64,000 nt of DNA, from contig NC_042997.1 in NCBI RefSeq assembly GCF_006345805.1, positions 65,720,001-65,784,000 on the forward strand. The letters run 5' to 3'. The notes under the pieces were generated by a model, which made no database searches, was not told where the DNA came from, and worked only from the letters and a program-made list of their open reading frames with translations. Made by a program: the position numbers and the translations under genes. Below are positions 1 to 11,322 of this stretch, piece after piece; within the stretch, counting starts at the first letter, position 1; each line of letters starts with the position of its first letter. Source of the stretch: Octopus sinensis (taxonomy: Eukaryota).

Positions 1-216
1 ACCACTGCATATGAACCTTAGGGATCTATGTTAAAATTTTATTGTTAAAATTTATGAGCAATAGTTTTAACAGCAGAAACATTTTTTTACGCAATTCTTA
101 ATATTTAATTATAAAAATATAATAGGACTTTTAGACATCGAATGGCTATGTGGGTCCAACTAAGTAAAAGGGGAATCAAAGAGTAACCATATGTAAAAAA
201 TGGTTGAGAACCACTG
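1..216. mobile_element. hAT-like MITE, left end outside window
   Basis: Ends in TGGTTGAGAACCACTG (201-216), the reverse complement of a CAGTGGTTCTCAACCA hAT-type TIR; non-coding AT-rich body. The partner TIR is not visible. Confidence 0.55.
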
Positions 217-805
217 CGTTGCGCAGTCTCTCGACTTTCTAGAAACAAAAATCCAAATCTTTTGAAATTGATTCAAACGTTTTAAAGTGACTGAAATATG
301 CTCATAAGGGTTAGGCTTCTCTCACAGAAATAAAAGATGCACTGGAATAAAATAAAATTGTTGGTACCAGGTATTGAATCCTAGTAACAAAGTCGAATCA
401 CTAAGAGCTTTCTACAGTTTTCTATAGAATTTTCAGGAAGTTGTATAACGCAGAGGTATGCAAATTATTGCATTGAAAACTGGATTTTGTATTGAACGTT
501 AAAGATTACATTAGCAGTGTGTTAAACACTTAATATGATATGCTTTGCATAAATATAATAAACATTACACTAACAATGTTTCTCATTATTGGTTAATCGA
601 AAATGTATTGAATCAACATCAGTAAAGCATTTCATTAAAGACAAACAGAAAATATACTGAACGTTGTTTTATGAAACAGTTTCTGATATAATATAGATTA
701 AAATAAACATTTTTGTATCTGCCATCTTATTGAACATACTCAAAACCACGTATGCAAACATGCAGGCATACACACGCATATCTGTATGTACAACAAATAT
801 AGGAG

Positions 806-816
806 GATAGATAGAG

Positions 817-852
<36 letters not shown>
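806..852 (+). repeat. (GATA)n tract at the 3' junction of the Tx1 LINE
   Basis: Direct reading of AGAT repeats. Confidence 0.95.
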
Positions 853-853
<1 letters not shown>

Positions 854-1013
854 TGTTTCTTTATTAGCCACACAGGGCTGCACCAGATAGAACAAATTAC
901 AAGGTAGAGCTTTTCTTTGAAGGTATTAAAAAAAAAAAAAAAAAGGGAAAGGGGGAGGTTCGATCAAAAGGGATCGTAAAAGGAGAGAAAGAGGACAAAA
1001 ATAAGTGGGGTTG

Positions 1014-1044
<31 letters not shown>

Positions 1045-1267
1045 GGGGGGGGGAGAGGAAAAAAATGATCAATAGGGATCGTTATCACAGAAATGTCAAT
1101 ATGAAGTGTAAAGGGGGGACAGGTGAGGTTTACCCGGGAAAGAAAGCCTGCGGAAAAGACCACGGTAACCTCGTCAATGAAGTCACATTTATATTTCTTT
1201 TTTTTTTTTTTTTTTTTTTGCAATAAGAACTCTCTGTTTTCGATTTCTGGGTTCATAGGACTATGCT

Positions 1268-4200
1268 CAAGTGGCTTCGTCATTCATACGTGCCATTCTT
1301 GCTACATTCACCCATCTTTTTTTAAAACATTCGCTAGACAAAACTTGCCTCTCTACTCTCCACTTTCCTTTTCAAGTGGTACTTGAAGAAGTTGATGAGA
1401 GATTGACCAGAGAGGAAAGTGTTTGTCTCCAATCCTTTCAGACGCGTCCACCAGATACATTCTTTCGCCATAGCCACAAGGATGATGAAAATAGCTCTTC
1501 CTTCCCGTTTGAAGGAAGGAGGCGTGACAATATTGACGATAGACTCAGCTGATAAACCGACTCGTCCCACACGTGACAGCAGTTGTTCGACATAAGCCCA
1601 CAGGTCGGAAATTGTTGGACACTGAACGAGTGCGTGCAGAACGGTTTCGTCGCTCTGACCGCATCTCGGGCAGGTCGGCCCCGTGTTTCTCGAGCCGTGT
1701 CTGTAGAGCTTATCCCGAACGGGTAGCGCTTCTCGGTAGCACTGCCAGGCCAGGGATCTCTGGAAGTTGTCCATGGGCCCTGGCCCGAAAGTCGTCCCGA
1801 ACAGGCGGGTCAGGTACTCCTCGTCGACGTCCAGGTTCGCCCCGAGCTCGTCGTCGTACCTCCCCTCCACTAAACCCCTATAGAATGCTTGGTTGTGTTG
1901 AAGTCACTTAAGGTCGACCCAGGACGGCAGAGTTGCTTGAGAGCAACGCGACACTCGCGGTGCCATTCGCCCTTCCTCGGCCTCTTTTTGATCCACGACT
2001 GCAGTTCGGTCATGGAGACGAGCTGCAGGAAAGCGTGCCTCACAAACGGCGACCACACCTGTTCACCGTCGTCTACATAGAGCCAGAGATGTCGCAGTCT
2101 CAGCGCGTGTCTGCGCATCATCAACCACGGCATGCCCACCCTCCTTTTAACGGGTGTTGACAGCAATGGATCGCCTGACCATCGGGACGCATCCTTTCCA
2201 CAAGAAGCGAAAGAGGATGCGTTGTAGTTTGGTGATGGTAGGGTCGGGACAAGGTACGACGGTCAGGCGGTAGTAGATGACGGACGCGATGTACGTGTTC
2301 GCCACCTCCGCTCGACCTTTTAGGGACAGTTTCCTCTCGGCCCATTGCCGGGCGAGAGTGACCACCCTACTCGTTATCTCGTTCCAGTTCTTCTCCACTT
2401 GGAGGTCCGGACCAAACCAGACCCCGAGCAACTCAACCGGGCCGTCGGTCCAGCGTCCCACGACGGAGGCGCTGGTGGACGGCATGGGCTTGCTTCTCTC
2501 CAGGTGCCTAGTCGCAAGCCCACTGACTTTTCCCGGTTGATTTTCGCTCCTGTCACCGCTTCGTAGTTTTTCAGTGTCTCGCCGACCAGCTCGATGTGCT
2601 CGTGGCTAGACACTATGACGGTGACGTCGTCCGCGTATGCAGACACGCTCGTCCCGCATCCCAATTCTCGCGGGATGCCCCTTAGAGTCGCCAGCTTCCG
2701 CAGTAGTGGCTCAAGAGTCAATACGTATAGAAGCGCCGAGAGGGGGCATCCCTGACGGACCGAACGTGCAATGTCGAAGGTCTCGATAGATGTCCATTTA
2801 CGCGAATTACCGAACGGATGCCCCTGTACAAGGCAGCTATCCAGCCGCGGAAGACGGGACCGAAACCAGCCGCTCTCAGGACTGCCTCCAAGTATCGATG
2901 GTCTACCCTATCAAAGGCTTTTGATTGATCCAAGTTGATCAGGGCCCCACCCATGCCAGGTTCGTTAACTACCCTGTCTATGATGTAGCGCATCAGATGG
3001 AGGTTGTCATGGATGGTCCGGCCTGGCACGGCGCATGTTTGCGCCTTGTCGACCAGTTTCTCGATGACAAGCGCCAACCTCTTGGCTAGCACCTTGGCCA
3101 AAATTAAGCAGAGTGATGGGCCTAAAGTTATCTATTACATTTCCCTTGTTTAGATCTTTCTTCAGCAGTGTTACGGCTCCTCGGCTCACAAAACCAGGAA
3201 TGCTCCCGTTTTGCTGCCAGTTGCAGTACACCGCCGCCAAGAGATCTCCAAACAAGTCTGGCATACAATTGTAAAGCTCGTAGGGTAGACCATCCAAACC
3301 CGGTGATTTGTCCCTCGAGCATTCTGCCATCGCTTCCCGCACTTCCGCCGCCGTGATGGCACCTTCGCAGCACCCTGCCTTTCTTGTCGAGAGTCGTGGT
3401 AGGCTATGTAGGTAGGCACTGAAGTCCCCCTACGTTCTTGCCCTCCACTCGTTCCGAACAGTCGGGCAAAATGCTGCTGAAAGGCCTCACACATTTTACT
3501 TGGCTCGAGCAATTCGCGCCCCTGTTCATCTACCAGTGACCGAATGGTGGCTTTGTTGCCCTGTTGCGCCTCTGCCACCCGGGCCTCTCTCGCGGCTCCA
3601 ACACCTTCGTTCCTTAGAGCACGCATCCTAGCTCTGACAGCATCCTTCGTGTTTGGCGTTGAAGTGTTGGTCGAGGGCCAACCTCGCCGCCAAAACGTCG
3701 GATGCGATGCCGCTTCTAATTGCCTCTTCTAGCTTCTTAACTAGCTCACCCTCTACTCTATTTCTATCTATGGCTAGTGCTTTGCTGTACCTAATCGCTT
3801 CTGCTTTTACTGCTCTCTCTTGAGGGCAAACCACCATTTGTTGTTGATGATGGCTCCCGTCAAAGCCCTCTTTACTAGTGTGCTAATCCGGTCTCTGAAA
3901 ACTTGTCTCGATGGGAAGACGCGTTTAGTTTCCAGTATCCGGGACCCTGCCTAAGTGTCTTACCTAAGTCTAGCGTACATGTCACAAGTTTGTGATCCGT
4001 GTAGCTGACTATGTGGAATTGTGGACATCCTATGCTATCTCTATCTACTGTCCTACACAGTATCCTATCTAGATACGATCTCGACGACCCGATGCGGTTG
4101 CTCCATGTCCACGTTGGCGCATTCGGGTGGTCTAGTCGAAACCTGTCAGACAGTTGAAAGCGTCTGAGCAGGTCTCTGAGGCATTTGCATCCCCGTCTAT

Positions 4201-4671
4201 TCCTATCTCTACCCACGTAGTCTACATGCGTGTCCAAGGTAGCATTCCAATCCCCCACTAAGAGTAAAGGACGAGACGTTCCCAAGAAAACTTCTAGACG
4301 TTGAAAGAAATCCGCCCGACCTGTTAAGGGCGGTGCGTAACTGATACGAGCCGAAAAGCGCACCCATTGCTGCCGTCGACATCCAGGACGACCAGTCTAC
4401 CCTCCGGGTCTACGAATATTGTCCTTACATTGAGATCCAGACTCTTGTGAAAAAGTACCGCGGTGCCACTACCGCCCATTCTCGGCAGACAGGGGGAAAA
4501 ATAAATGTTGAACTGTCCGCCAAACATGGTCTTTAGGGCCCGCGGATTGTGGAGTCTGGTCTCGCTTATGGCTATGATTTCTAACTTATGTGACTTTATG
4601 TCATTTAAGAGGTACCCTTGTTTCCAAGGGGACCCCAAGCCACGCGCATTTACACAACCAATCTTGATCAT
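1268..4671 (-). pseudogene. Tx1 ORF2 (APE endonuclease, reverse transcriptase, zf-RVT), broken by many frameshifts
   Basis: Consecutive ORF fragments give NARGL/SETR, LLVGDWNA, SYLDRIL, SYTDH, GPGYWKLN (APE); SPGLDG, NFRPITLLN, LDQSKAFDRVDH, SVRQG-type region, AYADDVT, LLGVWF (RT); CPRCGQSDETVLHALVQC (zinc finger). Confidence 0.9.
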
Positions 4672-4702
4672 AGTTCTAATGAATTAGAATACAGAGGGTT
4701 AC

Positions 4703-6708
4703 TTACTGCTCGAAAGTTTTTGCTTTCTCCTCCGTTGGTTTGTCCTCGAGAAGATCCCAGTACAGTTTCTTTGTGAGATATTTTTGGCATTTACCAACCG
4801 CACTGGGGAAAATGCCTTTGAGTGTGTGGTGCAGACTTTTGGAGATGTGTATTATTTTGATGTGGTCTGGTGGTGTTGTGTATGGGTGGTTGTTTGTTTT
4901 TATGTCATCTTCTGTTATGTTTGTTTTTGATTGGATGTATTCCATCAAATTTGTGTTTTTGGTGTCTATGGCTGTGAGCATGTTTGCTGTATATGTTTTT
5001 GTGGTGTTGGTGTGGCTGTTGTTTGCGTTGGGTTTTGAAATGTCTTCGGGAGATGTATTTCCCCCTGCTTTGTTCGTGTTTGCATTTGGTTTGGTTGTGT
5101 TTCTCTGCTCTTTATTTTCCTCTTTTTGTAGCTATTTGCCATTCCTCACTGGTTTCGTCTTCCGACGAAATTTCTGAGGAATCAGAAGGGGGTAGGGGTA
5201 TGTTGTGGGCTTCTATGTATGTCTGTGTAAGTGGTTGTGTTGTTGTTTTCGTTGTTGTGTGGTTGTTGAGTGTTTGTGTGTGTTGAGTGCGGTATAAGGG
5301 ATGGGGGATCATTTGTGTGTGTTTTCTTTGTTTTTCTGTTCCTTGGGTTTTGCTGTTGATGGTAGTGTTGGTATTTTTCCAGGTGTCGAGTGGTTTTTGG
5401 TTGATGACGGATTAGCTTGGTGTGCTTCTCTTGTCGTCTTCTGTGTTGATGGTGGTGTGGGTAGTAGAGCTTTTTTTCCGGAGTGCTTTGGTTGTGGTAG
5501 TGGTTGTTGTTGTTGCTCTTGGTGTGCAGTGGTTGGGCACGTCTTTTTCAAGTGTGTTTCGCTTCCACACAAATAGCAGCGTGGTCGCCTGCCCTCTACC
5601 ACTATATAGAGTTTGTAGCCTCCTGGCAGTTCTATAGCGGTGGGTATCTTCTCTCTTGCTGCTTCATCCAATTGAAGCAGGAATTCGATTGATTTGCCCA
5701 CATAGTCTTTCTCTCCTAGAACCGCGATTTCCAGGATGTTTGTCTCTGACATTGTCTCTGACATTTCAAAGCAGATGGCAGAGACCACCCATTGTGTTTC
5801 GACATCAAATGGTATGTTTTTTATTTGGACTTTCGTGACCCTTTTGTTTAAATAGACTGGTATCATTACCAAGTCGTCCGAATGTAGCTCCAATGTGGAA
5901 AAACGTTTTGCTAAACTTTCGTTGAGGAAACGTACTTGGACTGTACCAAATTTGTTTCCCCAACTGATATATTCCTTGGAGTCCCATACAGGACGAAGGC
6001 ATTTATCGATTTTTTCCTGCGGTGCATTTTCTGTTCTTCTTGTTTTTTTGTTTACTTTATAAATTATTGTTTTTTTTTGCGTGTTTTCCACGATGTGTTG
6101 TGGAATATGAAGGTGCAATTTGTCTCCTTCTTTGGAGAAGAGTGCCTTTGTGCGGTTTATCTCTTGTGTGGTGAATGTTACAATTGTTCTTTTTTGTTTT
6201 GTTACGTCCGCAAAATTCGTTTTGAATTTGGCAGTAGAAGTGTTAATTGTGGCAGTGTTAATTGAAGTCATGGTAGTGGTGTTGGTGTTGGCGGTATTAG
6301 CAGCAGAAGGCTTGGATGTAGCATTTGACGTCGTAGTAGTGTGTTGGTGTTGGCGGTGTTGTCTTTGGTAGGCGGCTTTGTGCCAATTTCGTTGTTGTTG
6401 TTTTGTTGGTGATGTGTGGTGGTGCTGGCATTCATGTTTTCGTTTGTATTCATTTTTGAAATCCCTTTCTCTGTCCCTTTATCATCAACAAGTGGTGTGG
6501 GGAGTGAGGGGAAATCTAAGTTAATGTCTTTGGTCGCGGCGATGGTGAATGCGACGTTAGATTTGTTGTTGTTGTTGTTGGTGGTGGTGATGGTGGTGAC
6601 AGCGGTGTTCACGCTGCGATGTTTAGCAGCTAGTGGTAGCAATAGTGTTTTGCTACCGTTCTGCATGACTGGCGGGCTAGCCACGTGGTTTCTAGTTGCC
6701 ATTTTCAA
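4703..6708 (-). pseudogene. Tx1 ORF1 (RRM-like region and CCHC zinc knuckle, low-complexity T/N/Q segments), frameshifted
   Basis: ORFs 6268-6708, 5309-6271, 5112-5312 and 4703-4981 are contiguous; RCYLCGSETHLKKTC knuckle; stop lies about 30 nt upstream of the ORF2 ATG. Confidence 0.8.
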
Positions 6709-6919
6709 AATGAAAAATGGCTAAAAACCCACGAAAGTTTTGAAAGTTTTTTTGTAATTTCGCCCATACAGGGGCGGAATTCTACGTGAATAATTCTCAG
6801 GTTTTTTAGTGAATGAATTTGCACAACGATTAAAACAAAATATTTGACAACAAGGAGTTTTAAACATGTAAAAGTGGCCAACTTACTTGGAGCCGATATG
6901 ACTAGCGTCCGTCCATTGT

Positions 6920-6930
6920 GATAGATAGAT

Positions 6931-7017
<87 letters not shown>

Positions 7018-7019
7018 GA

Positions 7020-7073
<54 letters not shown>

Positions 7074-7107
7074 GATAGATAGGTAGGTAGGTGTGTAGGT
7101 AGGTAGG

Positions 7108-7170
<63 letters not shown>
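6920..7170 (+). repeat. (GATA)n/(GGTA)n tract at the 5' junction of the Tx1 LINE
   Basis: Direct reading. Confidence 0.95.
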
Positions 7171-7171
<1 letters not shown>

Positions 7172-8056
7172 CTGCATTATACACTCACACACTCACACAA
7201 ACATATATATATATATACACACACACATTCATATATAGCTATATATACCTATACATCAAGATAGATATATGCTTTTACATATACACCTATACACGTAACT
7301 TACTTGACAGATGTGTGTACACGTTTTGTGTGCGCGTGCAGTGGGTGTGAGTTGCTTCGATGTTTGTATGGTTGCGTATTTCCATGTATTTATGATTGTG
7401 ATGTGTATTTATAGATGCATGTATGTTGGTGGAACTGTGCTTGATTTTAAATTTACATATGATAATATGTAACTGTGGTTATGTGATAGATTATTCTTGT
7501 ATGTAACATATGTCTCAACATACATTGTAGCAACGAATGCTAGCAATATTCTTTCGTACATATGGATGTAAATGCGGTGCTGTTCAGAAAGTACATTTAC
7601 AGCGAAACATGTGGTCTATACCACTGTACAGGTGCTTTGGTAAGCCTCGTCTCTCCCTGGGATTTACTAATGCCTTCAACTTGAAATATATATATATACA
7701 AGTCAAGGTAGAGAATGCTAAGATAATTTTATAAAAATCATTTCAGTACTGGTTTCAGTCATTTTCAACTGTAAGAAAACAATTAAATTTTGGAAAAATT
7801 AAAGAAAAGTTGTTTTTTTTAAGAATATTTGCATATTGTTCAAATACAAGTGGCATTTTCCTTGTTTCTGCCTGATATAAAATATATCTGTATCTGCGTG
7901 TGTCGAAAAAAGGGTTATTATTTTGAAGTATATTTGAGAATACCTGCTGAGCTTGTACTGTTGGTTTAACTCTCTACTGACAGTAGAGTCAAATTTATGA
8001 AGTTCCAGTGGCAGAGACTTAATTAATCTCTGTGTGTGCGTTGTGTGTGTGTGTGT

Positions 8057-8098
<42 letters not shown>

Positions 8099-8534
8099 AT
8101 TACATACAGTGTACACTGAGAGAAATTCTCTGTATTGGTTGTCAACTAAAAGTCATTGATTTCGATACCTTACGACAGAATCTCTCCTTCCAGTGGAAGT
8201 TAGCGGCAACTATATCTCAAGAAAGTATCCGGTTTATATTGCATCACAATATATCTCATCAACCACGCTATCATCTGCTCGACCATGACAACTGCATTAA
8301 CAAATTACACCATGCAGGAACTACTGAGATTTAACACTCGCGAAGGCTTCTCTACTCTAACCTCAGGCCTTCCTCACACATCCGCCTGTCATAGCCATGA
8401 TAAAGCAGTTTCCATTTCCAATTCCAGTTCATGAGTCATTGCTCTGCTGTCCTTCTAAAGATCAATTCTAACCGGGCAGAACATTCTTGATCTCCAAAAT
8501 CCTCGATATCCCAATCATATGTATACATTTTTCT

Positions 8535-8743
8535 TTTCCATTCTTTTACTTGTTTCAGTTATTTGGCTGTGGCCATGCTGGAGCACCGCCTTTAGTCGAG
8601 CAAATCGACCCCAGGACTTATTCTTTGTAAGCCTAGTACTTATTCTATTGGTCTCATTTGCCGAACCGCTAAATTACGGAGATGTAAACACACCATCATC
8701 GGTTGCCAAGTGATGTTGAGGGGACAAACACACACAAACATAC

Positions 8744-8808
<65 letters not shown>

Positions 8809-8974
8809 CGACGGGCTTCTTTCAGTTTCCGTCAACCAAATCCACTCACAAGGCTTTGGTCGGCCCGAGGCTATAGTAGAAGACACCTGCCTAAGGTGTC
8901 ACGCAGTGGGACTGAACCTAGAACCATGTCGTTGGTAAGCAAGCTACTTACCACACAACCACTCCTACGCCTAT
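8535..8974 (-). mobile_element. tRNA-derived SINE family A (head, CORE-like segment, internal TA/TG microsatellite, tail)
   Basis: Minus strand shows A-box-like TGGTTGTGTGG and B-box-like GGTTCAGTCCC, then CACCTTAGGCAGGTGTCTT resembling the CORE motif. Homologous copies at 28557, 39440, 39790 and 55770. Confidence 0.8.
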
Positions 8975-9549
8975 GTATATATTTCTGTGTGAGTTAAAGG
9001 TTGAGAAACCAACTAAGGGATAGTACCTATCCAATATAATGCACCTAAAAACTAACCCTAATAGTTTACCATACTATACTCTCTATAGCAATTATAACTA
9101 CAGTTAAAAATATAAACCCTTATGAACCATCGGATAATATATTAGAGCTCAATTACCTGATATATCGAAACACATGGATGCTTACACTCCCTAGATGATA
9201 CATGTATCTAAAGATAAGGACCCGCCGATTGTATCTAGAAATGATATAACCACTTCCCTACGACCAAAATAGAGCAGTCTCATACTATTAAATTAATTAA
9301 AATGCATGCGTTACCCCACTTCAATTATACTCAAATAACACATTTGAACGTTCCCAAAGTATACACATCCATGTCAGCACTTTCAATTAGAGCTCACTTA
9401 CAAAAATCCGTAATCAGTACTCTAATACATTGTCACTCCCTCGATAGATAGCGCCTTAAATTAAAAGCAATAACAACACCCTTATATTATTTTTGATGTT
9501 GTTGTTGTTGCTATTTATTGACGTTTAAAATCGTACTTATACATACTCT

Positions 9550-9593
<44 letters not shown>

Positions 9594-9596
<3 letters not shown>

Positions 9597-9904
9597 AGGC
9601 GCAATGGCCCAGTATTTGGGGCAGCGAACTCGCGGTCGTAGGATCGCAGTTTCGATTCCCAGACCGGGCATTGTGAGTGTTTCGGGCGAAAACACCTAAA
9701 ACCCTACGAGGCTCCGGCACGGGGTGGTGGTGAACCCTGCTGTACTCCTTCACCACAACTTTCTCTCTCTCTTTCTTCTTGTTTCTGTTGTACCTGTATT
9801 GCAAAGGGGTCAGCCTTGTCACACTCTGTGTCACGCTGAATCTCCCCGAGAACTACGTTAAGGGTAGACATGTCTGTGAAGTACTCAACCACTTGCATGT
9901 TAAT
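9594..9904 (+). mobile_element. tRNA-derived SINE family C, 3' truncated (copy 1)
   Basis: A-box TGGCCCAGTA and B-box GTTTCGATTCCC; homologous to the longer copy at 54481-54862. Confidence 0.8.
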
Positions 9905-10072
9905 AAATGAGCCGCGACGTCACTGGTGCCAAGCTGTATCGGCCTTTGCCTTTCCCTCGGATAACATCAGTGGCGTGGAAAGGGGAGGCTGGTATGCGCC
10001 TATGTCTATGTATAAAAATGCATATATATATATTACGGAGTGATTTGATCTGAGATCGTGTGCTGGAACGAA

Positions 10073-10167
10073 AACAATTGCAGCGTGGAAGGTGTTTGTA
10101 AGCCATTTAAGAAACACAAAAGGTGTTTCTTAAATGGCTTACAAACACCTTCCACGCTGCAATTGTT
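10073..10167. repeat. Perfect 45-bp inverted repeat with 5-nt loop
   Basis: Arms 10073-10117 and 10123-10167 are exact reverse complements; repeated at 10700-10794. Confidence 0.95.
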
Positions 10168-10168
10168 A

Positions 10169-10220
<52 letters not shown>

Positions 10221-10221
<1 letters not shown>

Positions 10222-10531
10222 GGAGGCGCAATGGCCCAGTATTTGGGGCAGCGAACTCGCGGTCGTAGGATCGCAGTTTCGATTCCCAGACCGGGCATTG
10301 TGAGTGTTTCGGGCGAAAACACCTAAAACCCTACGAGGCTCCGGCACGGGGTGGTGGTGAACCCTGCTGTACTCCTTCACCACAACTTTCTCTCTCTCTT
10401 TCTTCTTGTTTCTGTTGTACCTGTATTGCAAAGGGGTCAGCCTTGTCACACTCTGTGTCACGCTGAATCTCCCCGAGAACTACGTTAAGGGTAGACATGT
10501 CTGTGAAGTACTCAACCACTTGCATGTTAAT
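10221..10531 (+). mobile_element. tRNA-derived SINE family C (copy 2, duplicated)
   Basis: Matches 9594-9904. Confidence 0.8.
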
Positions 10532-10813
10532 AAATGAGCCGCGACGTCACTGGTGCCAAGCTGTATCGGCCTTTGCCTTTCCCTCGGATAACATCAGTGG
10601 CGTGGAAAGGGGAGGCTGGTATGCGCCTATGTCTATGTATAAAAATGCATATATATATATTACGGAGTGATTTGATCTGAGATCGTGTGCTGGAACGAAA
10701 ACAATTGCAGCGTGGAAGGTGTTTGTAAGCCATTTAAGAAACACAAAAGGTGTTTCTTAAATGGCTTACAAACACCTTCCACGCTGCAATTGTTATATAT
10801 ATATATATATATA

Positions 10814-11322
10814 CCACTAATATAGGATAACATTTTTTCAGAAAAAAATTTCATCAAAAGTGGCAGCATATTAAAATACCTATAAAGGTTAAAATTATAA
10901 ACAACTTATAAACAAGGGCAAAAGAAAAATGGCTATGCCAATATGCTGAGAACAGACTTTAAATCGTCAATTTCCACATTTCATTATACATTCATTATAA
11001 ATACACATCGTGCTGAAATCGAGGAAAGCTAGCCAACAGAATTTCTTTAAAATGTTCCTTATTTCTATATTGAATCAATTTCGGGATTAATCCCATGGAT
11101 TCTTCCCTCTTCAGTAGAAAATACGATAAGAAATAAATGAAATACTTACACACACCCATGGAAAAAAGCATAAGCAAGAGTCATGAGTACATATAAGTAC
11201 CCAGTTATATCTAAAAGTAAAATCCTTTAGCCAATACTTACACACACCCTTTATAGGTATTTTAATATGCTGCCACTTTTGATAAAAATTTTTTCTGAAA
11301 ATATTTCATCCTATATTAGTAG
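10814..11322. mobile_element. MITE with about 75-bp TIRs and TA target duplication
   Basis: C(C/T)ACTAATATAGGAT...AAAAGTGGCAGCATATTAAAATACCTATAAAGG is inverted at about 11248-11322; TA at 10812-10813 and 11323-11324. Confidence 0.8.

Larger units (their letters stand above)
853..6919 (-). mobile_element. Near-full-length Tx1/L1-clade non-LTR retrotransposon within (GATA)n
   Basis: 5' UTR, ORF1 with CX2CX4HX4C, ORF2 with APE, RT and C-terminal zinc finger, pyrimidine-rich 3' UTR, AATAAA (minus strand, 860-865) just before the (TATC)n tract; GATA tracts on both flanks. Confidence 0.9.
9560..10812 (+). repeat. Near-perfect 627-bp tandem duplication bounded by (TA)n
   Basis: TGGAGGCGCAATGG starts at 9594 and 10221; ORFs 9900-10106 and 10527-10733 translate identically. 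Confidence 0.95.

Noticed and set aside
920-1220. Poly-A and poly-G runs read as a poly(A) tail or G-quadruplex element
   Set aside because: They are U and C tracts in the sense 3' UTR of the minus-strand LINE; lengths are also prone to sequencing error.
7555-7625. TGTAAATG/CATTTACA stem followed by GAAAC...GTC
   Set aside because: The CUGANGA core is not recognisable.
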